Shown: piece after piece, positions 49,313-57,899 of the stretch
Layout of the letters: every line of letters starts with the position of its first letter
How positions within the stretch are numbered: position 1 is the first letter of the stretch
DNA from: an uncultured Maribacter sp.
Lineage (GTDB): Bacteria > Bacteroidota > Bacteroidia > Flavobacteriales > Flavobacteriaceae
Direction of reading: 5' to 3'
Length of the DNA: 57,899 nucleotides
NCBI GenBank assembly: GCA_937125035.1
Contig: CAKZLG010000223.1
Span: 1 to 57,899, forward strand
Translations under genes and position numbers: made by a program
Notes under the pieces: generated by a model
The model's database searches: none
Told to the model about the DNA's origin: nothing
Seen by the model: the letters and a program-made list of their open reading frames with translations, nothing else

Positions 49313-50177
49313 GTTCAAAAAGCAGCGTGAACTGGGTGAAATACTCACGGACACTTTTGTCTTTCTCAGAACACAGTTCAAACCCTTCTTCAACACCTAT
49401 TTTAAAATCTTGGGGCCCTTTCTCCTGGCCATGGTGCTTTCCTTGGTCCTCTATATTTATTATGCGGGCAACTCCCTTAATTTCATGCTGGTAGGTGCCG
49501 GCGGGGAAGTGGACAATCTGGCCGTGGTCTTTGGCTTGGGCGCCCTCTACATCTTTTCCCTGGTGGTGGTCTATACCCTTTCCCAATCCACTGTGCTCCA
49601 CTATATTAAATCCTATGCCAATGGCCAAGGGGAAATCACTTTCAGCACCATAAAAAAAGAGGTCTATCAAAGTTTTTGGAGCTTTATTGGGTTGGGCTTA
49701 TTGGTGGCACTATCGGTTGTAGTGGGCTTGATGTTCTGTATCCTGCCGGGCATTTATCTCTATGTGCCCTTGGTCCTTTCTTTCAGCATCATGGTTTTCA
49801 ACAGAATGGGTACTTCAGATGCCTATAGTTATAGCTTTACGTTGGTCAAGGATGAATGGTGGATCACTTTTGCCACCCTTTTTGTCATTGGTATCATCGT
49901 GGGCGTGGCCAATTATGCCTTTTCCTTACCGGCACAGGTATATCAATTCATAAAAATGGGCATTTTTTCTGGGGAGGTGGATGCGGAATCCATGTTCAAT
50001 GTTTTTAAAGACCCCATCTACATCCTGTTGAATGTGGTAAGTAGCGTGGGCCAGTTTCTAATGAATTTGATCAGCGTTATTGCGGCGGTGTTCATCTATT
50101 TTAACCTCAACGAAAAAAAGAACTTTACGGGAACGTACGAACGCATTGATAATCTTGGTAAAACTACGGAAACATAA
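49293..50177 (+). CDS. Multi-pass membrane protein of unknown function
   Basis: R.LGEI..DTF N-terminus, about 6 TM helices, PG.Y and S..LV...WW motifs. Overlaps the preceding gene. Confidence 0.75.
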   Translation: MQQKYIEFKKQRELGEILTDTFVFLRTQFKPFFNTYFKILGPFLLAMVLSLVLYIYYAGNSLNFMLVGAGGEVDNLAVVFGLGALYIFSLVVVYTLSQSTVLHYIKSYANGQGEITFSTIKKEVYQSFWSFIGLGLLVALSVVVGLMFCILPGIYLYVPLVLSFSIMVFNRMGTSDAYSYSFTLVKDEWWITFATLFVIGIIVGVANYAFSLPAQVYQFIKMGIFSGEVDAESMFNVFKDPIYILLNVVSSVGQFLMNLISVIAAVFIYFNLNEKKNFTGTYERIDNLGKTTET

Positions 50178-50178
50178 T

Positions 50179-50922
50179 ATGCAGCAGCGCTGGTGCCTTT
50201 TTCTTTCAGTACTCCTGGGGTTAATGACCTTTTCCTTGGCACAAGACAACCCACCACCTGTGCTTAGGGATACCATGGCCTTAGCGCAACATACCATTTC
50301 AGAGGCGGATATTTTGACATTCCAGGACGACCCTGATTTCAATTACGAAATAGAAAAGAGCGAAGCCCCAGCATGGTGGACGGCTTTTAAAAACTGGGTG
50401 GGCAACCTATTACTAAGGTTCTTTGAGTGGCTCTTTGGCGTGGAAAGGGCGGCAGGGGCAGTACAATCTTTCCTACAAATATTGCCCTATCTGCTCTTAG
50501 CGGTACTTGTCTTTATCCTTATAAAGTTCTTCCTGAACGTAAACGCTTCGGCCATGGCCAACCGGAACAGGGCACAGGGAGAGGTAGTTTTATCAGACGA
50601 GGAGAAAATCCTGAAACATGAGGACATCAAGGCCCTCTTGCAGGCGGCCTTGAACAAGAAGGATTTTAGACTCGCCGTGCGCTATTATTATTTGTACATC
50701 CTACAGCAGATGAGCCACAAAGAACTCATTTCCTGGGCCGCACAGAAAACCAATGTGGACTATCTGAACGAGTTGGAGACATCAGAGCTCAGGACCCCTT
50801 TCAGCCAGATCACGCGGTGGTATGATTACATATGGTACGGGGATTTTCCCATAGATGAAGCCGGCTATCAAAAGGTGCGTACCTCCTTCAGTAATTTGGA
50901 ACAACTCCTTAGACATGCTTAA
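50179..50922 (+). CDS. DUF4129 domain membrane protein
   Basis: TM helix followed by A.R..Y...L, KTN.DY..EL and F......YDY.WYG. Confidence 0.8.
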   Translation: MQQRWCLFLSVLLGLMTFSLAQDNPPPVLRDTMALAQHTISEADILTFQDDPDFNYEIEKSEAPAWWTAFKNWVGNLLLRFFEWLFGVERAAGAVQSFLQILPYLLLAVLVFILIKFFLNVNASAMANRNRAQGEVVLSDEEKILKHEDIKALLQAALNKKDFRLAVRYYYLYILQQMSHKELISWAAQKTNVDYLNELETSELRTPFSQITRWYDYIWYGDFPIDEAGYQKVRTSFSNLEQLLRHA

Positions 50923-52153
50923 AAAGGGTTCCCTATATTTGGTCATTGGCGTAGCTACATTGGGGCTATTGCTCCTTTTGCAATACAATCAGCCCAAGAC
51001 CATCAACTGGTTTGAGTCTTACGTGGCCACACATAAAATACCCTATGGCACCCATGTCTTCCAAACACTGCTATCCCAAAAATTTTCCGCAAAAGTAAGT
51101 GATGTACGGGTTCCGCCCTTCGAATTTCTAAACCAAGAGCAAAATGCCAAAGGCACCTACCTATTCGTAAATGAAAGGATTGCCTTTGAGAAAACGGAGC
51201 TCAACGCCCTTTTGGCTTGGACCTCCCAAGGGAATACCCTCTTCATAGCTTCAAAAAGTTTTGAAGAACGCCTGTTGGACACCTTGAACCTCGGGACCGG
51301 CTACCTCTATAGCGGTTTTGAGGAAGTGCTGAAACAATCCCCATTTTGGGTAAACCCCGCTTTGAAATCGGCCACTCCCGCGGTATACGACCGTGGTGCC
51401 AACACCCCCGTTTTTGATCAATTGGACACCCTGAACACCACGGTATTGGGAAGCTTACGAACCAGTGGTGCTCTGGATTTGGCCAAGGACAGCCTACGGC
51501 ACAATGTGGTACGGCAACCTTTTGGCACAGGACACATTATCCTGTCCACCTTCCCTGAAGCCTTTACCAACTATTTTATCCTCAAGGAGCACAATAGGGA
51601 CTATGCCAGCGGTCTTTTCTCCTATTTGGACGCTCCCGGCAAACTCTATGTGGACCAGTACTACAAAAATGGGAAATCCTTTTACACCTCCCCCATGTAC
51701 ATTTTCCTGAACACCAAAGAATTGAAATGGGCCTATTACCTGGCCTTGATCGGGGTGTTGGTCTATATTGTCTTTGAAGGCAAGCGAAAACAAAGGGCCA
51801 TTCCCGTCATTGCGCCATTGAAAAATCAGACCATGGCCTTTACCAGGACCATTGCCGACATGTATTTTGAAAAGAGCGACCAAAAGAACATTGCCGAGCA
51901 CCGCATCAACTATTTCCTGGAAGAACTGAGAAGCACGTATTACCTTGGCAACATAGACCGTGAAGGGGATTTTTATAAAAACTTGGCACAGCGCAGCGGC
52001 AATAAAGTAGAGTGGGTCACCTCCTTTTTCCAATTCATGGAAAAGCTGCGCAACAAAGAGCATGTCTCCGATCAAGAACTATTGCAACTAAACGCATACA
52101 TCGAAAAATTTAAAGCTGAAAAAAATGGAGCAAAACGAACCACAGTCCAATGA
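50915..52153 (+). CDS. DUF4350 domain protein
   Basis: N-terminal anchor, K.PYG, L..W...GN..FI, G.G..IL...P..FTN, a TM helix and KR.QR.IP. Confidence 0.8.
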   Translation: MLKKGSLYLVIGVATLGLLLLLQYNQPKTINWFESYVATHKIPYGTHVFQTLLSQKFSAKVSDVRVPPFEFLNQEQNAKGTYLFVNERIAFEKTELNALLAWTSQGNTLFIASKSFEERLLDTLNLGTGYLYSGFEEVLKQSPFWVNPALKSATPAVYDRGANTPVFDQLDTLNTTVLGSLRTSGALDLAKDSLRHNVVRQPFGTGHIILSTFPEAFTNYFILKEHNRDYASGLFSYLDAPGKLYVDQYYKNGKSFYTSPMYIFLNTKELKWAYYLALIGVLVYIVFEGKRKQRAIPVIAPLKNQTMAFTRTIADMYFEKSDQKNIAEHRINYFLEELRSTYYLGNIDREGDFYKNLAQRSGNKVEWVTSFFQFMEKLRNKEHVSDQELLQLNAYIEKFKAEKNGAKRTTVQ

Positions 52154-53123
52154 TCTGAATTTTGAAAATAGAATACCCTTAGAGGCCCTACAACAGGCCG
52201 TCACGAACATAAAGGCAGAGCTTGCCAAAGTGATCGTAGGTCAGGAGAATTTTGTGGAACTGCTCATTGTATCACTATTGGTAGATGGCCATGTTCTCAT
52301 TGAGGGTGTTCCCGGTATTGCCAAGACGGTCACCGCAAAACTGTTCGCTAAAACGTTGAAGACCCATTTCAGTAGGATCCAATTTACCCCGGACCTCATG
52401 CCCAGTGATATTTTGGGCACCTCGGTCTTCAATGCAAAGACCACGGAATTTGAGTTTAAAAAAGGCCCTGTTTTTTCAAACATTGTCCTCATCGATGAAA
52501 TCAACCGGGCCCCGGCCAAAACGCAGGCCGCCCTGTTTGAGATCATGGAGGAGCGCCAAGTGACCATGGATGGTACCACCTACCCCATGCAAGCCCCCTT
52601 TATGGTCCTGGCCACCCAGAACCCCATAGAACAAGAAGGCACCTATGCTCTTCCCGAAGCCCAATTGGACCGCTTCATTTTCAAGATCAAAGTAGGCTAC
52701 CCCTCCTTGCAGGAAGAAGTGCTCATTTTAAAGACCCACCACAAACGCAAGGGGCAGTTGCCCCAAACGGAAATCAGCGATGTCCTTGCTCCAGAGGCCC
52801 TGGCCACCTTTAAGCAACAGATACAGGAAATTGTGGTAGAGGAAAAAATCTTTCAGTACATAGCGGACATCATTGGGAAGACCAGAAACCATCCCCACCT
52901 CTATTTGGGAGGGTCTCCACGAGCTTCCTTGGCCGCTCTGAACGCCGCTAAGGCCTTTGCCGTCATTCAAGGAAGGGATTTTGTGATTCCCGAAGATGTG
53001 AAAAAAGCCCTGACCCCTGTATTGAACCATAGGGTCATCCTCACCCCGGAACGCGAAATGGAGGGCATGACCACGGAAAACGTGGTGAATATGATCGTAG
53101 AGAGCGTAGAAATACCAAGATAG
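52125..53123 (+). CDS. MoxR-family AAA+ ATPase
   Basis: GH.LIEG.PG.AKT, RIQFTPDLMPSD, DEINRAP.KTQ.AL, ATQNP.EQEGTY.LPEAQLDRF and SPRA motifs. Confidence 0.95.
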   Translation: MEQNEPQSNDLNFENRIPLEALQQAVTNIKAELAKVIVGQENFVELLIVSLLVDGHVLIEGVPGIAKTVTAKLFAKTLKTHFSRIQFTPDLMPSDILGTSVFNAKTTEFEFKKGPVFSNIVLIDEINRAPAKTQAALFEIMEERQVTMDGTTYPMQAPFMVLATQNPIEQEGTYALPEAQLDRFIFKIKVGYPSLQEEVLILKTHHKRKGQLPQTEISDVLAPEALATFKQQIQEIVVEEKIFQYIADIIGKTRNHPHLYLGGSPRASLAALNAAKAFAVIQGRDFVIPEDVKKALTPVLNHRVILTPEREMEGMTTENVVNMIVESVEIPR

Positions 53124-53124
53124 C

Positions 53125-54456
53125 ATGCGCCTGTTAAAAGCCCTGTACATTCACACTACCTTTTTCTGGTACTTGGCGGTGCTTTGTGCCGTCTTCATTT
53201 TATCCTTTTGGATAAAGGGGCTGTACCCCATGGCCTGGGTGGGCACACTGCTCTTGGCCGCCCTCTTCTTATTTGATGTGTACTTGCTCTTTGCAACAGG
53301 TAAAGGTGTTGAAGCAGATAGGTCCCTACCACGGAAAATGTCCAACAGCGACCCAAATACGGTCCATCTTTACTTTACCAGTTCTTACCCCTTTAGTACT
53401 GGAATGCACATCATTGATGAATTGCCCGCCCAGTTCCAAAAAAGGGACTTTGGTCATAAGACAAAGGCCGCAAAAGGGGTCAGAAATCATTTTCAGTATA
53501 TGGTAAGACCGGTGGACAGGGGAGAATATACCTTCGGAAACCTGAATATCTATGCCTCCTCACCCCTGAGGGTCATAAAAAGACGATTCACATTCAACCA
53601 AGACCAAATGGTGCCCGTTTACCCCTCGATCATACAAATGCAGCAGTATGACTTTTTGGCCATACATAACCGGCTTTCGGATTTGGGACTGAAGAAAATT
53701 AGGCGTATTGGCCATACCCAAGAGTTTGAACAGATCAAGGATTATATTCCCGGTGATGACGTACGCACCCTAAATTGGAAGGCCACGGCAAAACGCAACC
53801 AGCTCATGGTGAACCAGTACCAAGATGAAAAATCGCAGCCAGTGTATTCGGTCATTGATGTGGGGCGGGTCATGAAAATGCCCTTTGACGGTCTTAAGTT
53901 ATTGGATTATGCCATAAACAGTGCTTTGGCCTTTTCCAATGTGGCCCTAAAGCGCAATGATAGAACAGGATTGATTGCTTTTTCAAAGAGCATCTCCACC
54001 CATGTGCCGGCCGTTCAGAAAATAACCCACCTCAATACCCTTTTGGAAAAGCTCTACAATATAGATACCGCCTTTACCGATGCTGATTTTGGTATTCTGT
54101 ACGGTCACGTAAAGCGAAAAGTGACCCATAGAAGCCTTTTGTTGCTCTATACCAACTTTGAACATATGTCCGCCCTTAAAAGACAATTGCCCTATTTGCT
54201 GGGCCTATCCAAAAAACACGTACTCGTGGTCATCTTTTTTGAAAATACGGAACTGGTACAACTGGTTTCCAATCCTGTGGAAGGCCTGCAGGACATCTAC
54301 CATAAGACGATTGCCGAAAAATTCTCGCTGGAAAAGAAATTGATGCAAAAGGAATTACAGAAATATGGCATTCAGACCCTGCTTACCCCACCGGATAAAC
54401 TCACTGTAAACACCATAAACAAGTACTTGGAAATCAAGGCTCGGGCCTTGTTATAA
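53125..54456 (+). CDS. DUF58 (vWA-like) protein
   Basis: Two N-terminal TM helices, EFEQ..DY..GDD.R..NWKATA and a degenerate MIDAS-like D.GR.M. Confidence 0.9.
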   Translation: MRLLKALYIHTTFFWYLAVLCAVFILSFWIKGLYPMAWVGTLLLAALFLFDVYLLFATGKGVEADRSLPRKMSNSDPNTVHLYFTSSYPFSTGMHIIDELPAQFQKRDFGHKTKAAKGVRNHFQYMVRPVDRGEYTFGNLNIYASSPLRVIKRRFTFNQDQMVPVYPSIIQMQQYDFLAIHNRLSDLGLKKIRRIGHTQEFEQIKDYIPGDDVRTLNWKATAKRNQLMVNQYQDEKSQPVYSVIDVGRVMKMPFDGLKLLDYAINSALAFSNVALKRNDRTGLIAFSKSISTHVPAVQKITHLNTLLEKLYNIDTAFTDADFGILYGHVKRKVTHRSLLLLYTNFEHMSALKRQLPYLLGLSKKHVLVVIFFENTELVQLVSNPVEGLQDIYHKTIAEKFSLEKKLMQKELQKYGIQTLLTPPDKLTVNTINKYLEIKARALL

Positions 54457-54942
54457 TCCCTGCCTTATGAGATGGGCCGCCTGTAGGGAAGCCCCTAGGT
54501 TTCCGGACCCGTTTCCGGCTTGGAAGAGATTGGGAGCAACATATTGGTTTTTTAACGGAGTATTTTCCACTACAAGACAGCCACAACCCTTGCCCCTGCG
54601 ATTCTTTCCCTTGCCCCCCTTCTCCTTGATCAAGAGATCCAAGGCCAACCCGGACAAAAATCCGCCCAAAGCTGCAAAGACCACATCATCGGTCTGCCAT
54701 TCATTGCCATTGGACACATCATAAGTTTCTTTGGCCAGGCCTGCCGCTAAACTACTGCCCGCAGCCCCGGCCCATGTCCAATTGGAATCTCCTTGAAAGA
54801 TCTTGTGGGCGGCATAGCCCCCAACGGCCCCAATGGCCACTCCGGCACCCAAATGCTTCGCCCCGTTCTCTAGACCTTGCCCCATGGCAAAGGCCACGGG
54901 CAATAGCAACATCACACATAATTTAGGGAACCCTGTTTTCAT
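54451..54942 (-). CDS. Hypothetical exported/membrane protein (YfiM/DUF2279-like motifs)
   Basis: Signal peptide, KH..AG, G.AKE.YD, D......LGG and glycine-rich helices. Confidence 0.55.
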   Translation of the reverse strand: MKTGFPKLCVMLLLPVAFAMGQGLENGAKHLGAGVAIGAVGGYAAHKIFQGDSNWTWAGAAGSSLAAGLAKETYDVSNGNEWQTDDVVFAALGGFLSGLALDLLIKEKGGKGKNRRGKGCGCLVVENTPLKNQYVAPNLFQAGNGSGNLGASLQAAHLIRQGL

Positions 54943-55208
54943 AGCTACAAAGTAACGAACGGAGGTTTCAATTTTATTTTTTTCTCGTTGAACATCACAC
55001 TATCACAGAACAAATGAAGAAGTGGCCTCTTTCTTTTAGGCGGTATCGTCTTCCATCAAAAAACATGGGCCACCAAATACTGAGTGGCAATGTCCCAAGG
55101 CCACCCATTACCATTTTTACCATGTGGTGGGTAATTAACGGGTTGTATAACTTGTAATGAACCCCGTTCATTTACGACTTAGGTTGGGACATTTAAATAA
55201 ATTATTCC

Positions 55209-55919
55209 ATGCAGACCGTTTTACATAAAGCAAATACCAGGGGGCACGCCAACCACGGCTGGTTGGACTCCCACCACAGTTTCAGTTTCGCCAATTATTA
55301 CAACCCAGAACGTATGCACTTTGGTATGCTCAGGGTTCTTAACGATGATGTTGTGGCCGGCGGCATGGGCTTTGGGACGCATCCCCATAAGGACATGGAA
55401 ATCATTTCCATTCCGTTGGAGGGTGATCTTCAGCATACGGACAATATGGGCAATTCCACGATTATACAACAGGGTGATGTGCAGGTCATGAGCGCGGGCA
55501 CGGGGGTTTCCCATAGTGAGTACAATAGAAACCTTGCCGAGGACGTGAAATTTTTACAGATTTGGGTCATTCCACGGGAACAGAACGTAACCCCCCGATA
55601 CGATCAGATTTCCATAGCGGCCATTTCCAGAAAGAACCAACTCAATCAAATTGTTTCGCCCCATCCCGGGGAGCCAGGGGTCTGGATCCATCAAGATGCT
55701 TGGTTCTTTATGGGTGATTTTGATACCGAAACGAACCTAAAGTATGGCATGAAGAAACCAGGGAATGGCGTGTACCTCTTTGTCTTGGAAGGTAGGGCTG
55801 AGGTTGACGGTAAGGTCCTCTCCCGTCGTGATGCCCTTGGGGCTTGGAACACGGAGACATTACCTATTTCCGTGGGCCCAGATTCAAAAATTTTGGCGAT
55901 AGAGGTGCCCATGGCCTAA
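55209..55919 (+). CDS. Pirin family protein (YhhW-like)
   Basis: HGWL.S.H.FSF, LRV.NDD, HPH..MEI, MSAG.G..HSE and LQIW motifs. Confidence 0.93.
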   Translation: MQTVLHKANTRGHANHGWLDSHHSFSFANYYNPERMHFGMLRVLNDDVVAGGMGFGTHPHKDMEIISIPLEGDLQHTDNMGNSTIIQQGDVQVMSAGTGVSHSEYNRNLAEDVKFLQIWVIPREQNVTPRYDQISIAAISRKNQLNQIVSPHPGEPGVWIHQDAWFFMGDFDTETNLKYGMKKPGNGVYLFVLEGRAEVDGKVLSRRDALGAWNTETLPISVGPDSKILAIEVPMA

Positions 55920-56056
55920 AAAGTACCACAATTTGTTTAAATTTCCGTTGCCGTAAAGGACCTCAGAGCCTTTCACCCGTACAACGGAAGGAACCTTTTC
56001 CTTTTGTTTCGAGGCAAGTGTAGGAGCACCCGAATTATTGAGTAAAGGCAGCGATC

Positions 56057-57457
56057 ATGATCACCAAATTGGGACAAAAATTCTCGGATATATTCACCAA
56101 ATATATGCCCAGCGCCTATGTCTTTGCGCTCTTATTGACGCTACTGACCGGCCTGTTGGCCCTTCTTTTTACGGAGGTTACCCCCTTGGCGGTTTTGGAA
56201 GCTTGGTACGGTGGTTTCTGGTCCCTTCTCGCTTTTGGGATGCAAATTGCCCTGATTGTGGTCACCGCGTTCAGCATTGCCCAATCGCCGCCCGTGGAAA
56301 AGGGCATCAATGCCATTGCGGTACTTATTAAAACCCCAAAACAGGTTTATTTCTTGGTGGTACTCCTAGGCGGTTTGCTATCCTTGATCAGTTTCGGCAT
56401 GATCGTGGTGGTCGCCATTTTGGCGAGAGCATTGGCAGAACGGATTAAAGGGATAAATTATCCCTTTTTGATCGCCTGCGTCTATTTCTCCATGAACGGT
56501 TGGGTGAGCGGGGCCTCCAGTTCCATTGCCCTACTGCTCAACACGCCCCGTAACTTTCTCATTCAAAAGGGGATTCTTACGGAAATGATCCCTACCACGA
56601 TTACCTTGGGCAGCTTCATGAATTTGGGCATGTTGCTGTTATTCCTTGTGCTGGGACCCCTCTTGTTCGTGGCCCTAAGCCCAATGGCCAAGGCCCGGGA
56701 ACTCAATGACCTGTTGAAAAAGGGTACAACAGAACATCGGGTTTCCATCGCATCAGAGGCAGCTTCCCAAAAACTACCGTACAGAGCGCTTTCAGATAGG
56801 TTGAACAATGCAGGCTGGTTACAAATGGTCGTTGCCGTATTGGGAATGGTTTATATTGTGATCCATCTTGCCAAAAAGGGGTTCGACCTCAACTTCAACA
56901 TCATGATTTTTCTGTTCCTAATGTTGGGGCTGTTGTTCCATAAAACCCCCATGCGCTATGCTATTTCCATGAAAAGGGCCAGTCAGAACATTTCGGGCAT
57001 CATTTTCCAATTTCCATTCTATGCAGGCATTATGGGCATAATGCTCAGTACGGGGCTTGGGGAATTGGTGGGCCAGCAATTGAGTGACTGGGCCACCCTG
57101 CGCACCTTTCCTTTTTTTGCCTATCTCGCCGGTGGCATGGTCAATTTTGCCATTCCTTCTGCCGGTGGGGAATTTGCGGTCATTGGCCCCAGTGTGCTTC
57201 AGGCCGTACAGGAACTGGCCGCCAATGCCGGGCTTTCAAATGCGGAAACCACCGCCATGATGGCCAAAGCGGCCATGGCCATAGCCTATGGGGAAAGCCT
57301 TAGCAATCTCTTACAACCTTTTTACTTATTGGTGGTTTTTCCCGTTATGGGCATGGGCGTAAAAATACAGGCACGGGATGTGGTGGGTTATTTGGTCATC
57401 CCCTTTTTGGTCTTTTTTGCACTACAATCACTCTTGGTAATGTACCTGCCCATGTAA
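56057..57457 (+). CDS. Short-chain fatty acid transporter (AtoE/TIGR00366 family)
   Basis: P..Y.FA..LT, W..GFW.LL.F.MQ, QFP.Y.GIMG, PS.GG and YG....N..QPF motifs. Confidence 0.85.
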   Translation: MITKLGQKFSDIFTKYMPSAYVFALLLTLLTGLLALLFTEVTPLAVLEAWYGGFWSLLAFGMQIALIVVTAFSIAQSPPVEKGINAIAVLIKTPKQVYFLVVLLGGLLSLISFGMIVVVAILARALAERIKGINYPFLIACVYFSMNGWVSGASSSIALLLNTPRNFLIQKGILTEMIPTTITLGSFMNLGMLLLFLVLGPLLFVALSPMAKARELNDLLKKGTTEHRVSIASEAASQKLPYRALSDRLNNAGWLQMVVAVLGMVYIVIHLAKKGFDLNFNIMIFLFLMLGLLFHKTPMRYAISMKRASQNISGIIFQFPFYAGIMGIMLSTGLGELVGQQLSDWATLRTFPFFAYLAGGMVNFAIPSAGGEFAVIGPSVLQAVQELAANAGLSNAETTAMMAKAAMAIAYGESLSNLLQPFYLLVVFPVMGMGVKIQARDVVGYLVIPFLVFFALQSLLVMYLPM

Positions 57458-57519
57458 TCCAGAAATAAGGTCCAAATTCAATATGGGTTTCTTATATTTA
57501 GAAGCATCAAACCAACCCA

Positions 57520-57899
57520 ATGGGAATTTTAAAAAAAATAATAATCTTTCTCCTTCTGGCCCTTTTAGTGCTCTGTTCCTATCTGCTGTTCAACACGCTG
57601 AATTTTGAATCGAAACAGATTACGGTGGCCTCTGTTCCAAGGGTTCCCATAGACCCGGCTGCTGTTCAAAATTTTTCGATATCATTGCAACTGAAAACGG
57701 TTTCACCGGAGCATGCGGCCGATTTTGATTCCCTCCAATTCAAGGAATTCAACCGTTTTCTAAAAGAGCACTATCCGCTTATGGATTCGCTCTTGCAGCA
57801 CCGCACCTTCAATGACTTCAGCCATCTCTATTTTTGGAAGGGCACTGACCCCCAATTAAAGCCCATTGTACTCATGGGCCATTTGGATGTGGTTCCCGT
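57520..57899 (+). CDS. M20 family peptidase, membrane-anchored, truncated by the window end
   Basis: Not in the ORF track because it has no stop codon in the window. Manual translation gives MGILKKIIIFLLLALLVLCSYLLFNT...W.GTDP.LKPIVLMGHLDVVP, the M20 metal-binding H.D motif. Confidence 0.85.
   Translation, partial: MGILKKIIIFLLLALLVLCSYLLFNTLNFESKQITVASVPRVPIDPAAVQNFSISLQLKTVSPEHAADFDSLQFKEFNRFLKEHYPLMDSLLQHRTFNDFSHLYFWKGTDPQLKPIVLMGHLDVVP

Overview
Gene-dense, mostly core chromosomal segment of a Flavobacteriaceae (Bacteroidota) bacterium. The assignment rests on the TAnnTTTG -7 promoter boxes and the typical gene order. The window starts inside the RNase P RNA gene (rnpB, minus strand). 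It then carries dnaX (with a slippery A10 tract), a complete six-gene ebo (eboA-F) cluster, miaE, ppk1-sixA-pdxH, rnz, pyrB-pyrR, rpsA, cmk and lon. The middle holds an ECF sigma/anti-sigma/beta-solenoid operon, glgB-GH31, msrB, lpdA, aroQ, two outer-membrane beta-barrels, xerD, ndh and a second ECF pair. Near the end are an uncharacterised RDD / SpoIIM / membrane protein / DUF4129 / DUF4350 / MoxR / DUF58 module, a pirin, an AtoE-like transporter and a truncated M20 peptidase. I saw no transposase, prophage, CRISPR array, tRNA or rRNA. The best leads are the MoxR membrane module, the orphan ebo cluster, probable dnaX recoding, two divergent genes whose start codons overlap in one CATG, and several regulatory motifs. 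All family calls come from motif recognition by eye, not from database searches.
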